From NCBI GenBank assembly GCA_019058445.1, contig JAHPZA010000010.1, positions 1-64,000 of the forward strand: a DNA stretch of 64,000 nucleotides, given 5' to 3'. Made by a program: the position numbers and the translations under genes. Below the pieces are notes generated by a model. The model ran no database searches. It was not told the origin of the DNA and saw only the letters and a list, made by a program, of their open reading frames with translations. The stretch is from Promethearchaeota archaeon (GTDB lineage: Archaea > Asgardarchaeota > Lokiarchaeia > Sigyniarchaeales > SOKP01). This document shows positions 30,857 through 41,780 of the stretch, piece after piece (position 1 is the stretch's first letter; the number at the start of each line of letters is the position of its first letter).

Positions 30857-30992
30857 TTCGAATCACCATTTAATGAGTTAATTATAGGAAGATAAAATGA
30901 CTCACATATAAATATTTAATTTGAATTACTTGATCTTTTAATGAATAAAAGTTAGATAAACACTAAAAAATAAGATAAAACTCAGTATAGGA

Positions 30993-31418
30993 ATGGAAGT
31001 TATAAGAAAAGAAATAGAGGAAATTGTGAATCGAGAAACAAAAGCCTGGGATACTCAAGATGTTGAATTGCTAATGACTATTTTTCATCCCGATATGGTG
31101 TGGCCTTGGCCAAGAACCAGTAAATCACATGATCCTATGGATTGGGTTCTTGAAATAGGGAAGTACGATTATGACAGATGGAAGAGAGGGTGGCAAGAGC
31201 TATTTGATAAATATACACTTGTTCATAATATGAGAGAAATTAAAAAAATTGAAATATCTAAAGAAAGGGATGGGGCTTTTGCAGTTGTGGATATTGATAC
31301 ATTTTGGATAGATTCTAATAATAATAAAAGCCATTGGAAAGGAAGAGTATGTAAAGTATATACAAAATTAAAAAATGGCTGGAAATTGATTATGCATACA
31401 GGAGTTCTCGAATATTAA
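30993..31418 (+). CDS. SnoaL/NTF2-like protein
   Basis: AWDTQDVELLMTIFHPD..., C-terminal GWKLIMH. Confidence 0.8.
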   Translation: MEVIRKEIEEIVNRETKAWDTQDVELLMTIFHPDMVWPWPRTSKSHDPMDWVLEIGKYDYDRWKRGWQELFDKYTLVHNMREIKKIEISKERDGAFAVVDIDTFWIDSNNNKSHWKGRVCKVYTKLKNGWKLIMHTGVLEY

Positions 31419-31459
31419 ATTTTTAATCAAGTTAAATATAGATTGTCGCTAATATTTTT

Positions 31460-31740
31460 AATAATATAAGATCAATATACTAAAATAGATTCTCCAGAAG
31501 TACAATTATTTCCTTTTTGAATTAAATGGGATATGAGAAAATAGGTTTATTAAATACAAATGAATGAAATTTTCCATTTTTTCCACATGGATTTATATTT
31601 GACAGAAGTAAGTCTAGAAAGTCCTTATCAAAAAATATGCTAATAAATGGGCCTTCGAGATAATTCGAATTTATGGAAGTGATTATCGGCTTAAATCCCA
31701 GATTTATTAAATTTTGAGCCAATTCATTCATATCGTAATT
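31460..31740 (-). pseudogene. degenerate duplicate of the 3' part of the PP-loop ATPase gene at 35100-35759
   Basis: ELAQNLINLGFKPIITSI...INPCGKNGKFHSFVFNKPIFSYPI* versus ELAEKFIKLGFKAIITSV...VDPCGENGEFHSFVFDGPIFSYPIQ; nucleotide similarity continues past the premature stop. Confidence 0.88.
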
Positions 31741-31952
31741 TCTTAATCTAAATTATGGTTTCTTTTGGTTAAAACTATAGGTATGATAAAGACCATCTCA
31801 ACTAGAATAAATTTTTTGTATTCTAAGATTTTTTCTCTTCCCCGCTTATCCTCATCACTATCGCCACCATCATTACCTGACGAATTAACAGAAGTTATCT
31901 CCGAAATTATGTTCATAAAAATGTCAGTATTCTAATTTCCCTTGATAAACTC

Positions 31953-34931
31953 TTATTTAAAATCATTATCTTTTATAGGTTTGATATCATACTCTTCCTC
32001 AAGCGTTTTTGTTGGTAGAGAGGGATCTAAAGGTTTTCCACACGACCAACAAGCATTTTCAAGTTCTTTAATTGCCTCGACACATCTTATACAATAATAG
32101 GCACCACAGGTTGGGCAAATAAAATTATATCCCTCAATTGGACCTTTATGAACTAAACAGAAATGCTTTTCCTTGGATAATATTATATCATCCTCCACAA
32201 TTTCTTCTCTTTGCTTGATATATTCTTTTATATTACTGGTATCTTTTCGGATGCCACCTTTTCGGGAAACATAAGTTCGACCTATAACTAAAAAAGCTGC
32301 CACCGCTATTACTATTAAACCAATAACCATTACTATTGTAGTATCAAATACGTCAGATTTACTACTATCATCTCCATTTCCATCTCCTCCTCCATCGGTT
32401 ATGACTGATTTTATAACATTGACATCTATATAAACGATATAACCTCGCGAATCATTGCAATAGAATCGTATTGTGATGTTTCCATTGGATAGAGTCTTCC
32501 ATTGATCTTGATCAATTAAACCAGTGATATTATCATTCGCCACTCCATTTAACTTTGTTAAGTTTATAATTTTTTCAATCTCTAGAAATTCACACCAGAA
32601 GTATTCTCCTAGACCTTCAACAATACTAATATTACAAGCTGGTGCGATTGAGCCAAATTTCTGGCCCATTGTTGGCTCAGCAATATAAAGAACAGGAGCG
32701 TCCCACCAAATTGGAAAATTATCTTGACTTCCCGCAGTTCCTGGAATATTGTATGCCGTATCTCCTATACCGTCATCGTTCGTATCTATATCGGTATAAT
32801 CCCACCAATAATTTCCAATGTTAATATTGTCCCAATAATTACTATTTCCATCATCCCTCGCATTTTCCTCATTCCTACTAAAATTATTTAAATAGATCAA
32901 ATTATTATCACAATTACCCTCTATTACTATCCCGATTTGATTGTTATTTTGAACAGTGTTTTCTGTTATGTTGTTATTGTTGCATTTATCAAATAAATAA
33001 ATTCCATAATTAGTATTATTATTTACAATATTTCCCGAAATTGTAGTATAATTACTAGAAATTAAATATATCCCATTTATCCCATTACTATTGACAGAGG
33101 TATTTCTAATTTTATTATTTACACAACCTCCAATAATCCCCCAGCCAAAGACTGGACGGCTCCCCAAATAAATTCCATACTCATTATTGTTATTTGCGGT
33201 GTTATTTGTGAAAGTATTAGAATGACAGTTTGAAATGTAGAATCCAGACTTAGAATTATTATTTACAGTGTTTCTCGAAAATCTGGAATTATTACATCCA
33301 TTTAAATATATCCCATGTATTCGATTATTATTTATGATGTTTCCCGAAACGTTATTATTTTCACATTCTACCATAAAAATACCTACATCATTATTATAAG
33401 CAGAGTTATTCCTAATTGTATTATTACCGGAATATGATATAGAAATTCCAAATAAAAGACCACTATTATTTACAAAATTACCTGAAATTGTGTTATTATA
33501 ACTAAGAACCAAATATATTCCGCAGAAAGTATTATTATTTAATGTGTTGCCCGAAACAGTATTGTTTTTACATGCATATAATAAAATTCCTACTGTTGAG
33601 TGAGAAAGATCTAAATTCTCTATTACCGTGTTATTACAATTAACTAATATGATTTGACCAGCATTAGTAAAATTCTTACTTTCTAAACCTGTTTCATTAA
33701 TGTAGTAATAAATAGGTTTTCCATCTACAAAGTTTGAAGTAAAATTGTTTGAAGATACATCATCAGGTGATCCATGAATCCAAACTCCAGAACTATTCAT
33801 TGTATTCCCTGAAACGTAGCTATATGGACTAAATGAAAGAAATAATCCACATATTTTATTGTCTGAAGCATTATTATTTAGGATTGTAATATTGTTTGAA
33901 TTATATAATGAAATTCCAATTGAAACATTAGAAATGTCTAAGTCTGAAATCTGTGAATCTTCACAATCGATTAATATAATTTACCCCGAGTCTGTAAAAT
34001 TATTTTTTCCTAAACCTTTTTCATTAGTGTAATAATATAAAGTTTTTCCATTCACTAAATTTTTATCGCCAATATTAAAAGGTAAAGAATTTTCTTCAAC
34101 GCTCGGCCATATCACAACTCCACACTCTGTCATATTATTTCCTGAGAATGTATTGTTATAACTGGCACTAAACATAACTCCAAAATAATTTTTATTTAAA
34201 ATATTACCCAAAATGGTGTTATTACTACAATCATTTTGTATACTTATCCCATAAAAACTATTATTAACTGTGTTATTTTTAATGGTGTTATTATTACTAT
34301 TAGATAAATATACCCCCGCCACATCATTGTTGTATAAAATATTTCCCATTATTGTGTTATTGTGGCAGTTATCAAGTAAAGTGATCCCATAATCAACATT
34401 TTTATTTGCTTTGTTTCCCAATATAGTGTTATTGTGGCAATCATTAATTAAAGCGATTCCTACACGTGTATCCGAAAAACTATCATTAATTAATAACCCA
34501 TTGGAAGTATTAACCAATTCAATTCCCGCATCAATTTGAAAAATCTCAAGATCAGCAAATAATCCAGAATTGTAGAATGTACAATTTTTAATCCTAAAAT
34601 ATTCCTTGGAATTTTCGATTAATATCCCACTACCCATACCACCAGCGTTTATCGTTACATTCTCAATGAAATGAGGGGAAATTTTTGTTCCTAGACCTAT
34701 TTTAATCCATGGAAAGAGTGTAGCAGACCAGTTATCGTCTTTAATATGTATAAAATTTGTTGACCAATAACCTGATTTTCTCGGACTTTTTAAATTAGCT
34801 TCATCGCGAAGTTCCGTGGCATCATCACTTTTTTCTTCGTTCCCGATGAAGTTATACACACTAGTGGTGGATAAAGCCAAAATTATCAATAAAGAGATTT
34901 TAAATAATTTCTTTTTTGTTCTTTTTCTCAT
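31953..34931 (-). pseudogene. large surface beta-helix (NosD/CASH-repeat) protein with C-terminal TM and Cys-rich finger, split by one in-frame TAA at 33981-33983
   Basis: The two ORFs are in the same frame; NFTDSG*IILIDC aligns with the internal repeat NFTNAGQIILVNC, implying CAA>TAA. Confidence 0.8.
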
Positions 34932-35099
34932 TGAAATTTTACAAAAAATTATTTGGATTTAATAAAAAAAATATAGTATATTATTTAACAATTTTGTAAA
35001 AACATTTTTTTAAGATTTTTCAAGATTATTACAATACAAATTTCCCTCTAATATAGTAATAAAAAATCTCAAATACTTTAGATAATAGATTAAAATCTT

Positions 35100-35759
35100 T
35101 TATTGTATAAGATCAATATAATAAAAACGATTTTCCCGAAATACAATTTCTCCTTTTTGAAATTGAATGGGATATGAAAATATGGGTCCATCAAAAACAA
35201 ATGAGTGAAATTCACCATTTTCTCCACAGGGATCTACAGATGGTGGAAGTGAATCCAAAAAGTCCTGATTAAACATACTACCAATAAATGATCCTTCAAG
35301 CTGATCGGAATCAACAGATGTAATTATTGCTTTAAATCCGAGTTTTATAAATTTTTCAGCTAATTCTTTCGTATCTTGCTTCCAAAGCGGAAAAATTGCT
35401 TTCATTCCAATTTTTGAGAGGTTTGATTCACGGTAATTTCTTATATCTTCAAGAAAGATATCTCCAAAGACAACATGATAAACTCTATGGGATTTGAAAT
35501 ACAACATATCTCGTTTCATAATTTTTTCATATTCTTCATTTGAAGTGTCTTTTGGAAGCGATATAGTAAGAAGAGGGATTCCAATTGATTTCGCTTGCTC
35601 TTCTAGTAGCTCTCTTCTTACGCCATGCATACTTACTCTATTATAATCTTCTGAAATTGTGGAAATTAAAGTTCTTACGTTAAAAACTTCTCTGCTTAAT
35701 AAGTAAAGGGCTAGAGCGCTATCCTTACCTCCACTCCAAGAAAATACAACCGGTTCCAT
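35100..35759 (-). CDS. diphthine-ammonia ligase-like PP-loop ATPase
   Basis: SWSGGKDS, SMHGVR, FGDIFL, DPCGENGEFHSFVFDGPIF. Confidence 0.88.
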   Translation of the reverse strand: MEPVVFSWSGGKDSALALYLLSREVFNVRTLISTISEDYNRVSMHGVRRELLEEQAKSIGIPLLTISLPKDTSNEEYEKIMKRDMLYFKSHRVYHVVFGDIFLEDIRNYRESNLSKIGMKAIFPLWKQDTKELAEKFIKLGFKAIITSVDSDQLEGSFIGSMFNQDFLDSLPPSVDPCGENGEFHSFVFDGPIFSYPIQFQKGEIVFRENRFYYIDLIQ

Positions 35760-36562
35760 CAGTCACCACTAGTTTTATTATGGTTAATTTGGCAATTAGG
35801 GCAAAAAAATCCATGTCTTTGAGCAATTTTAAGTCTTTCAATATTTCCACCGCAACGTGGACATAATTCTCCTTTCTTTCTATGGGGAATAATAAAATCA
35901 TTAGGATAAGTCTTTAGGATCCCTTTTTTTTCTATTCCTACTTTAAGCACATTTTTTATGGTTTCAAAAATTTCTCTTAATTTTGAATCATTTACTTCAT
36001 TAATTTTGGTTTTGGGATGAAGTCTTGTTTGATATAAAATCTCATCTGAGTAGATATTCCCAATTCCAGCAATAATGTTCTGATTCATTAGCGCGGATTT
36101 TGCGAGAGCAGTTCTTTTCTCTAAAGATTTCTTAAATTCTTCAAAATTCATTTTCAAAGCATCTATTCCCAGATTTTTCTTATTGATTATAAAATCTTCA
36201 ATGGTATTTGTTAAATCTACCTTGCCAAACATTCTCTGAGAGATGTATGATAAAAAATTTCCATTTTCAAATTCAAATAATATTCGACTATGTTTTGGTT
36301 CTTCCTTGATATCATCAAAATATTTTAAATCTCCTGACATTCCAAAATGAAATACAATAAATCCTGAATTTAATTTAACAAAAAGATATTTCCCATGCCT
36401 TAAAGAAGAATAAAAAATATTTGATCTAATCGTCTTTTTAAAAATTTTTTCTTGGACATTAAGAACTCTATTATCTCTGATAAATACATTATTAATTTTT
36501 TGGCTTAAAGATGTTTTATCAAAATATTTTTTAAAAGTCTCGACCTCGGGAAGTTCTGGCAA
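35759..36562 (-). CDS. mutM: Fpg/Nei-family DNA glycosylase
   Basis: (M)PELPEVE N-terminus (TTG 36562), RHGKYL, HFGMSG, AGIGNIYSDEIL, CPRC..CPNCQ zinc finger. Confidence 0.9.
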   Translation of the reverse strand: MPELPEVETFKKYFDKTSLSQKINNVFIRDNRVLNVQEKIFKKTIRSNIFYSSLRHGKYLFVKLNSGFIVFHFGMSGDLKYFDDIKEEPKHSRILFEFENGNFLSYISQRMFGKVDLTNTIEDFIINKKNLGIDALKMNFEEFKKSLEKRTALAKSALMNQNIIAGIGNIYSDEILYQTRLHPKTKINEVNDSKLREIFETIKNVLKVGIEKKGILKTYPNDFIIPHRKKGELCPRCGGNIERLKIAQRHGFFCPNCQINHNKTSGD

Positions 36563-36656
36563 AATAATCAAGTTAAAGTTTTCATTAATTTTTCTTAAGG
36601 TGGTAAAAAATAGATGTTTAAAAAAAATATTTAATATAAAAAATAAAAAATATAGT

Positions 36657-37613
36657 TTAGAAATTAGAAAAAATCATAAATTTCTGATCAGAACCAATAG
36701 AATAAATCTCAAATTTGCTTCCCTTTTTAGACTTACAATTCAATTGGATCATTGGAAACAAATAAATCTGTGTAACTATCTGAGTATCTTTGTCTTTCTC
36801 ATAATTTTTATAATCGCTGCCTGCGGAATTAATAGTTTTCTTGACATTTTTATCCCAATACCCAAGTGAGCCTTCTGCCTTATCATCAAGGTCTTTGAAA
36901 TTATTAAACTTTATACCTTCAACAGATTCAATAAGATCTTGAAGATCCTTTCCAATTTCTTTCTCATATTTTGTTTGTAAACTACTGTGAAGTACAGGAA
37001 CTCCAGTTACTACCGATTGAAAAGGAACGGGTTGGATCTCGAATTTATAGAGATTTTTATGACCTCCACATTCCTTACATGGATTTTGTACTTTACCTGT
37101 TCCATAACATTCTCCGCAAGGATAACTGAATACTTTCTTCACCTTGTTTTGATCCTCACCCTCCAGAACATTCAAATTTTCCTCAATTTTACCGCTACCT
37201 TTACAACTTCGGCATTTATCATCGATATATCCTTTTCCACCGCAAGTTTTACAGGGAACAGCAGCAATCGATTCATATATCGGAACTTTTTCATCTCCTT
37301 TCCAATTATCCTTATTAACATTTTTTCCTTTAAAACTATAAAAAGTTTCCCTACTAACCCGAGGAGCCATCACTAAATTTTCTTCTTTACCCTTGGCAGG
37401 AGCAACAGTTTTTTTGATTGAAAAATAAATAGCAGCCCCTTTAAGCGCAGGAGGAACAACGTATTCTGCGGCTGAAATTGCGTCTAATGAAAAAACCGCA
37501 CCTTTAGTACCAAATTGTTTTTCCATTTTCTTTCGATCTTTTCTTACAGCACTCTGTTTCCATTTTTCGAAAATATCATCGAGGTTAGGGGTTTTTATAC
37601 GAACATCTCCCAT
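36657..37613 (-). CDS. CXXCXGXG zinc-finger protein lacking a J-domain
   Basis: CKTCGGKG, CRSCKGSG, CGECYGTG, CKECGG; no HPD motif. Confidence 0.75.
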   Translation of the reverse strand: MGDVRIKTPNLDDIFEKWKQSAVRKDRKKMEKQFGTKGAVFSLDAISAAEYVVPPALKGAAIYFSIKKTVAPAKGKEENLVMAPRVSRETFYSFKGKNVNKDNWKGDEKVPIYESIAAVPCKTCGGKGYIDDKCRSCKGSGKIEENLNVLEGEDQNKVKKVFSYPCGECYGTGKVQNPCKECGGHKNLYKFEIQPVPFQSVVTGVPVLHSSLQTKYEKEIGKDLQDLIESVEGIKFNNFKDLDDKAEGSLGYWDKNVKKTINSAGSDYKNYEKDKDTQIVTQIYLFPMIQLNCKSKKGSKFEIYSIGSDQKFMIFSNF

Positions 37614-37753
37614 AGTTAACCATCTCTTTATTTATAAATTATTATTTGTTTTTTTCTTTTAATAAACAATTATATACCCGAAGACTTATATTTTTATATA
37701 AGTTATAAAACATTTAATTTAAGAGAATTAAAAAATATATCATTTTGATAAAT

Positions 37754-37915
37754 ATGTCAGAAGAAGATAAACAAGCCGTCCAATACTTACTGGACTGGAT
37801 TAAGCAAGGAGGAGTTGCGGACTGGATAAAATATTATCTTGATGCCGGTGACGAGGCGAAGTTAAGACAAATAAAAGCTGTTTATGATAAAATAAAAGCC
37901 GTTTTTGGTTTTTAA
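37754..37915 (+). CDS. small 53-aa helical protein, not in the ORF track
   Basis: MSEEDKQAVQYLLDWIKQGGVADWIKYYLDAGDEAKLRQIKAVYDKIKAVFGF*; coding-like GC content in an AT-rich gap; TATA-like sequence upstream. Confidence 0.7.
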   Translation: MSEEDKQAVQYLLDWIKQGGVADWIKYYLDAGDEAKLRQIKAVYDKIKAVFGF

Positions 37916-37969
37916 GCAAAAAATTTAACTTTCTTAATTACTTTATTTTTGTAGTTGAATAAAAGTTAA

Positions 37970-40657
37970 TTGTGTAATTATTTGACTATTCCCCCAAGAA
38001 ATTACTTTTTAGTTATTGAAAAGAATCGCGAATACAAAAAGGAATTACTATTTGATGTAAGTTTCTTTTATTTAAAATCATTTAAGAAAAAATCACTCTC
38101 GTTTAAATATGTAAGTGAACCATTCTTACGAAGTACAGTCATTTTTGGGTTAGACATAAAAAATAAAATGAGACCATTGAAATTCAGCAAGATTGAGAAA
38201 GATGATACTGAAACTCCTATAAATCCTCGACTTTTTAAAAAATTTGTGCTAGCTGATGAAAACAGATTTATTGCATTATCGAGCCAAACTGACCCTAAAG
38301 AATTTGATCCAGTTACTAAAATGCTTCAAAATTTTCAATTTGATATGACTAAAATAACTAACTTAACCTTTTGTGAATCGTGTTTAGATAACAAGAAATT
38401 TAAAATATTAAGAAAGAGAGCTCAAATATTATCTCTCAAAAATCAAATTATCTGTTCTGAATGTGCTTTAGAATTAGTTTTAAAAAATATTCAAATGACA
38501 GGATTAATCTCATCTGAAACTAAAATTAGCCCAAAGCTAAAAAATTTCTTTAATCATATGATCTTGAAATTTCGAGATGTCAAAAAAGTTCTTTCAGCTT
38601 TTAAATCCGACTTTAATCCAGTTTCAAATAGAGAGATAACTCTTTATGATATTGAGAAAAATCCCTCAATAAGCAAAAAATATCTAAATTTTAATATTAA
38701 TCCTTTAGACATACCTCTCTCTTTCAAAGAGATATTAAAAAGTTTAAAAATTTCAACCCTTTTACCCATACAAGCCATTTCAATCGAAAAAGGTTTATTA
38801 TCAGATTGGAATGATCAATTAATAATGGCTCCAACTTCAGGAGGTAAAACATTGGTTGGTGAACTCGCAGGTATTTCTAAACTTCTCACTAATAAAAATT
38901 CTAAGATGTTATATTTAGTTCCAATTGTAGCACTTGCCAATATAAGAACAGAAGAATTCAAAAAAAAGTATAAGCCGCTAAAGTTAAAAATTGTTAAAAA
39001 AGTAGGAGAATCCCTTCTGGAAAAAAAAGAGGATATATTAGAAGAGGACTTACACGACGCTGATATTATAATTGCAACATACGAAGCAATTGATTTTATT
39101 TTGCGAAGTGGTAATATGGAGCATTTAGGAAGGATTATGACTATAGTTGTGGATGAAATTCAAGTGTTAATTGACCCTGATCGTGGCTATTTATTAGATG
39201 GTTTCATCGCTCGTTTAAAATCTCTTTTTAAAAATGCTCAATTTCTATATCTTAGCGCAACAGTTGGAGAGCCAGAATTATTAGCTAAAAAGTTAGATTG
39301 TTCTCTAATTAGGTATAATAACCGTCCGGTTCCAATTGAACGTCATTTATTATTATGCCTCAACGAAAATATAAAACATAGAAATATAGCAAAATTGATT
39401 CGTTCAGCCTTTTCTCATAAGTCAAATTATGGTTTTAAAGGCCAATCAATAATCTTTACTAACACTAGGAAAAAGTGTGAAGCCTTAACTGCTTATCTTC
39501 AGAACAGAGGAATTTTTGTAAGAGCCTATCACAGCGGACTAACTAGTGAAGAAAGAAAAGTAATTGAGTTGGAATTTCAATCTCAGAGAATTGCCGGCGT
39601 TGTTGCTACCGCAGCCTTAGCGGCGGGAGTAGATCTTCCTGCAAGCCAAGTTATTTTTGAATCTTTAGCAATGGGGATAAACTGGCTTACTGTAGCTGAA
39701 TTTGAACAGATGCTAGGAAGGGCGGGTAGATTAAAAAAACATGAGTTAGGGTTAGCTTATATTCTAGTTGAGCCGGGAAAAATTTATTCTCCAAAAATGT
39801 CGGAAACAGAAGAAAATATAGCTATAAAGTTATTAAATGGAAAAATAAAAGATTTTGAATTAGAGCCCAATGAAGACAGATCCCTTACTGAATTGTTAGC
39901 TTTTGTTTCTATGTTCAATCAAGGAATTGAATACAACAAAATTTTCGAGTTTTACGAGTTATTAATCAATAATGATTATAATATCGAATTATTTACTAAA
40001 AAATTGAATAATTTAAAGCTTCTTAGAATTAAAGAAAATGAGATCCACAAACCTACTCATATTGGTCAATCCATTGCGAAATCCTTTTTGAGTGTTAATG
40101 AAGGTTTAGAAATAATAGAAATATTGCGAAATCAACAAGCGCCTAATATGATTCATTTAGCCCTTGAACTTAAACCTATAAGGAATGTATATCTATCTAA
40201 AAGAATCGTAGCTGAATTGTCTAAAAATGTAAGGATGAAATATTTCTCAAACAATTTTTTTTCTGCAAGCGTGCTTTCATTGATGAATGCAGAGTATATC
40301 AAAAAAAGAAAATCATTTTCCAGTGATTTTTTACAGCTTATTATGAAATGGATTAATGATATTTTTAATTGTAATTGTAAGGATAATCCTTATTGTGATT
40401 GTGGTAGAAAAAATCTAGAAAAGATTATACTTGATTTAAGAATTAATGATGGCTTTACGATTGCACAAATATCTCAATTCTTAGAAGATGAATACGAATT
40501 ATTGGTCTTTAAGGGAGATTTAATTGATTATTTACAAAACCTGATTTACTCACTGGAGAGTATTAAAAATATTTCAGAGGGAATAAAAAATCTGGATGCA
40601 ATATATAAACAAGAATTATCTAAAATCCCTAAGGTTATTGAAAACATCAAAGGTTAA
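37970..40657 (+). CDS. archaeal DEAD/DEAH-box (Ski2-like) helicase with C-terminal Cys cluster
   Basis: APTSGGKT, DEIQ, LSAT, YHSGL, QMLGRAGR, CNCKDNPYCDCG. Confidence 0.9.
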   Translation: MCNYLTIPPRNYFLVIEKNREYKKELLFDVSFFYLKSFKKKSLSFKYVSEPFLRSTVIFGLDIKNKMRPLKFSKIEKDDTETPINPRLFKKFVLADENRFIALSSQTDPKEFDPVTKMLQNFQFDMTKITNLTFCESCLDNKKFKILRKRAQILSLKNQIICSECALELVLKNIQMTGLISSETKISPKLKNFFNHMILKFRDVKKVLSAFKSDFNPVSNREITLYDIEKNPSISKKYLNFNINPLDIPLSFKEILKSLKISTLLPIQAISIEKGLLSDWNDQLIMAPTSGGKTLVGELAGISKLLTNKNSKMLYLVPIVALANIRTEEFKKKYKPLKLKIVKKVGESLLEKKEDILEEDLHDADIIIATYEAIDFILRSGNMEHLGRIMTIVVDEIQVLIDPDRGYLLDGFIARLKSLFKNAQFLYLSATVGEPELLAKKLDCSLIRYNNRPVPIERHLLLCLNENIKHRNIAKLIRSAFSHKSNYGFKGQSIIFTNTRKKCEALTAYLQNRGIFVRAYHSGLTSEERKVIELEFQSQRIAGVVATAALAAGVDLPASQVIFESLAMGINWLTVAEFEQMLGRAGRLKKHELGLAYILVEPGKIYSPKMSETEENIAIKLLNGKIKDFELEPNEDRSLTELLAFVSMFNQGIEYNKIFEFYELLINNDYNIELFTKKLNNLKLLRIKENEIHKPTHIGQSIAKSFLSVNEGLEIIEILRNQQAPNMIHLALELKPIRNVYLSKRIVAELSKNVRMKYFSNNFFSASVLSLMNAEYIKKRKSFSSDFLQLIMKWINDIFNCNCKDNPYCDCGRKNLEKIILDLRINDGFTIAQISQFLEDEYELLVFKGDLIDYLQNLIYSLESIKNISEGIKNLDAIYKQELSKIPKVIENIKG

Positions 40658-40768
40658 TTTTTTATGTATTAAAAATTAAATATTTATACAATTATCGATA
40701 AAGTAATATTGAGAGAATTCATCTAAGGGTTTTAAAAAAACATATAAAAAAAGCAAAATCTCCTAGAA

Positions 40769-41722
40769 ATGCTATATACAATCTTTCTTTATCAGAGTGA
40801 AAGTGGATTATTACTCTTTGATAAGAGCTTTCAAGATATTAGTTCTGGTAAAATGGAACTTTTTTCTTCATTTTTCTCGGCCTTAAAAGCTTTTATAGGA
40901 GAAATGATAATAGAGGGATCAACAGAATTGAAAAATATTTCTTTAGGGGATTATACGGTTTTAATTACTTCTATAGATGAAGTCAGAGCAGATTTGGTTG
41001 TTATCGGCGATAAGGAAGATAGTAAAGCAATTAATAAGTTAGTTCCAAGATTAATTAAAGAGATTCTAAAACATACAAACGTGTTTCTTGAATGGCAAGG
41101 AAAGAGAGAAGATTTTGAAATTTTAGACCAACCTATTTCAGAGATAATATTAAGCCATAAAAAACTTCTTGGAGATAAATCTTTAATAGAGCATCAAGAT
41201 CTTATCTTAAAATCAATGTGGGCACATAAAAAAGATCTTTCTGCCCAGCAAATTAAGGATTTAACTCACGAAAGACAAATTTTAATGAAGAGGTTAGAAA
41301 ATTTAATTAATCTTCCTAAAAAACTGGAGATTGCTGAAAATTTATTAGAAATTTCTGAAAAATTAAAAGATGACCAAAATTTCATGAAACATCAAGAAGA
41401 AATTAAGGTAATTAAGGATGAAATAAGAGATACAAAAATAAAATTAAATTATTATTTGGAAAAGATTAAAATTACTATAAACCAGGCTGTAAATCAGTTA
41501 GGAAATAAACCTCTGAACGAGGGTGATTATAAAGATGTTTATTTAAATTTATATTCATTTAGCAATAAACTTAAAAACATGACTGATTCTAATTCTTGGG
41601 AAGAATATCGAAACAATGCTCAGATATTTATAAATAAAGATGAGGTTGAGTTAGGGGAGATTTCTCAGGCAATTTCTAAAACTCTTAAAATGAGTGATAA
41701 TGTAGAAGATTATATCAACTAA
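40769..41722 (+). CDS. longin-like N-terminal domain plus helical/coiled-coil C-terminus
   Basis: IFLYQSESGLLLFDKSF...LFSSFFSALKAFIGEM pattern typical of Asgard longin-like domains. Confidence 0.6.
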   Translation: MLYTIFLYQSESGLLLFDKSFQDISSGKMELFSSFFSALKAFIGEMIIEGSTELKNISLGDYTVLITSIDEVRADLVVIGDKEDSKAINKLVPRLIKEILKHTNVFLEWQGKREDFEILDQPISEIILSHKKLLGDKSLIEHQDLILKSMWAHKKDLSAQQIKDLTHERQILMKRLENLINLPKKLEIAENLLEISEKLKDDQNFMKHQEEIKVIKDEIRDTKIKLNYYLEKIKITINQAVNQLGNKPLNEGDYKDVYLNLYSFSNKLKNMTDSNSWEEYRNNAQIFINKDEVELGEISQAISKTLKMSDNVEDYIN

Positions 41723-41780
41723 GAAGCAATTTGGTATAAAACTCGATTTGTAAGACTCCCTAAAACATCTCTTTTGCTTA

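Noticed and set aside
33960-34010. Second BHB intron explaining the stop in the beta-helix gene
   Set aside because: Sequence is colinear with the internal repeat with no extra nucleotides; a point mutation suffices
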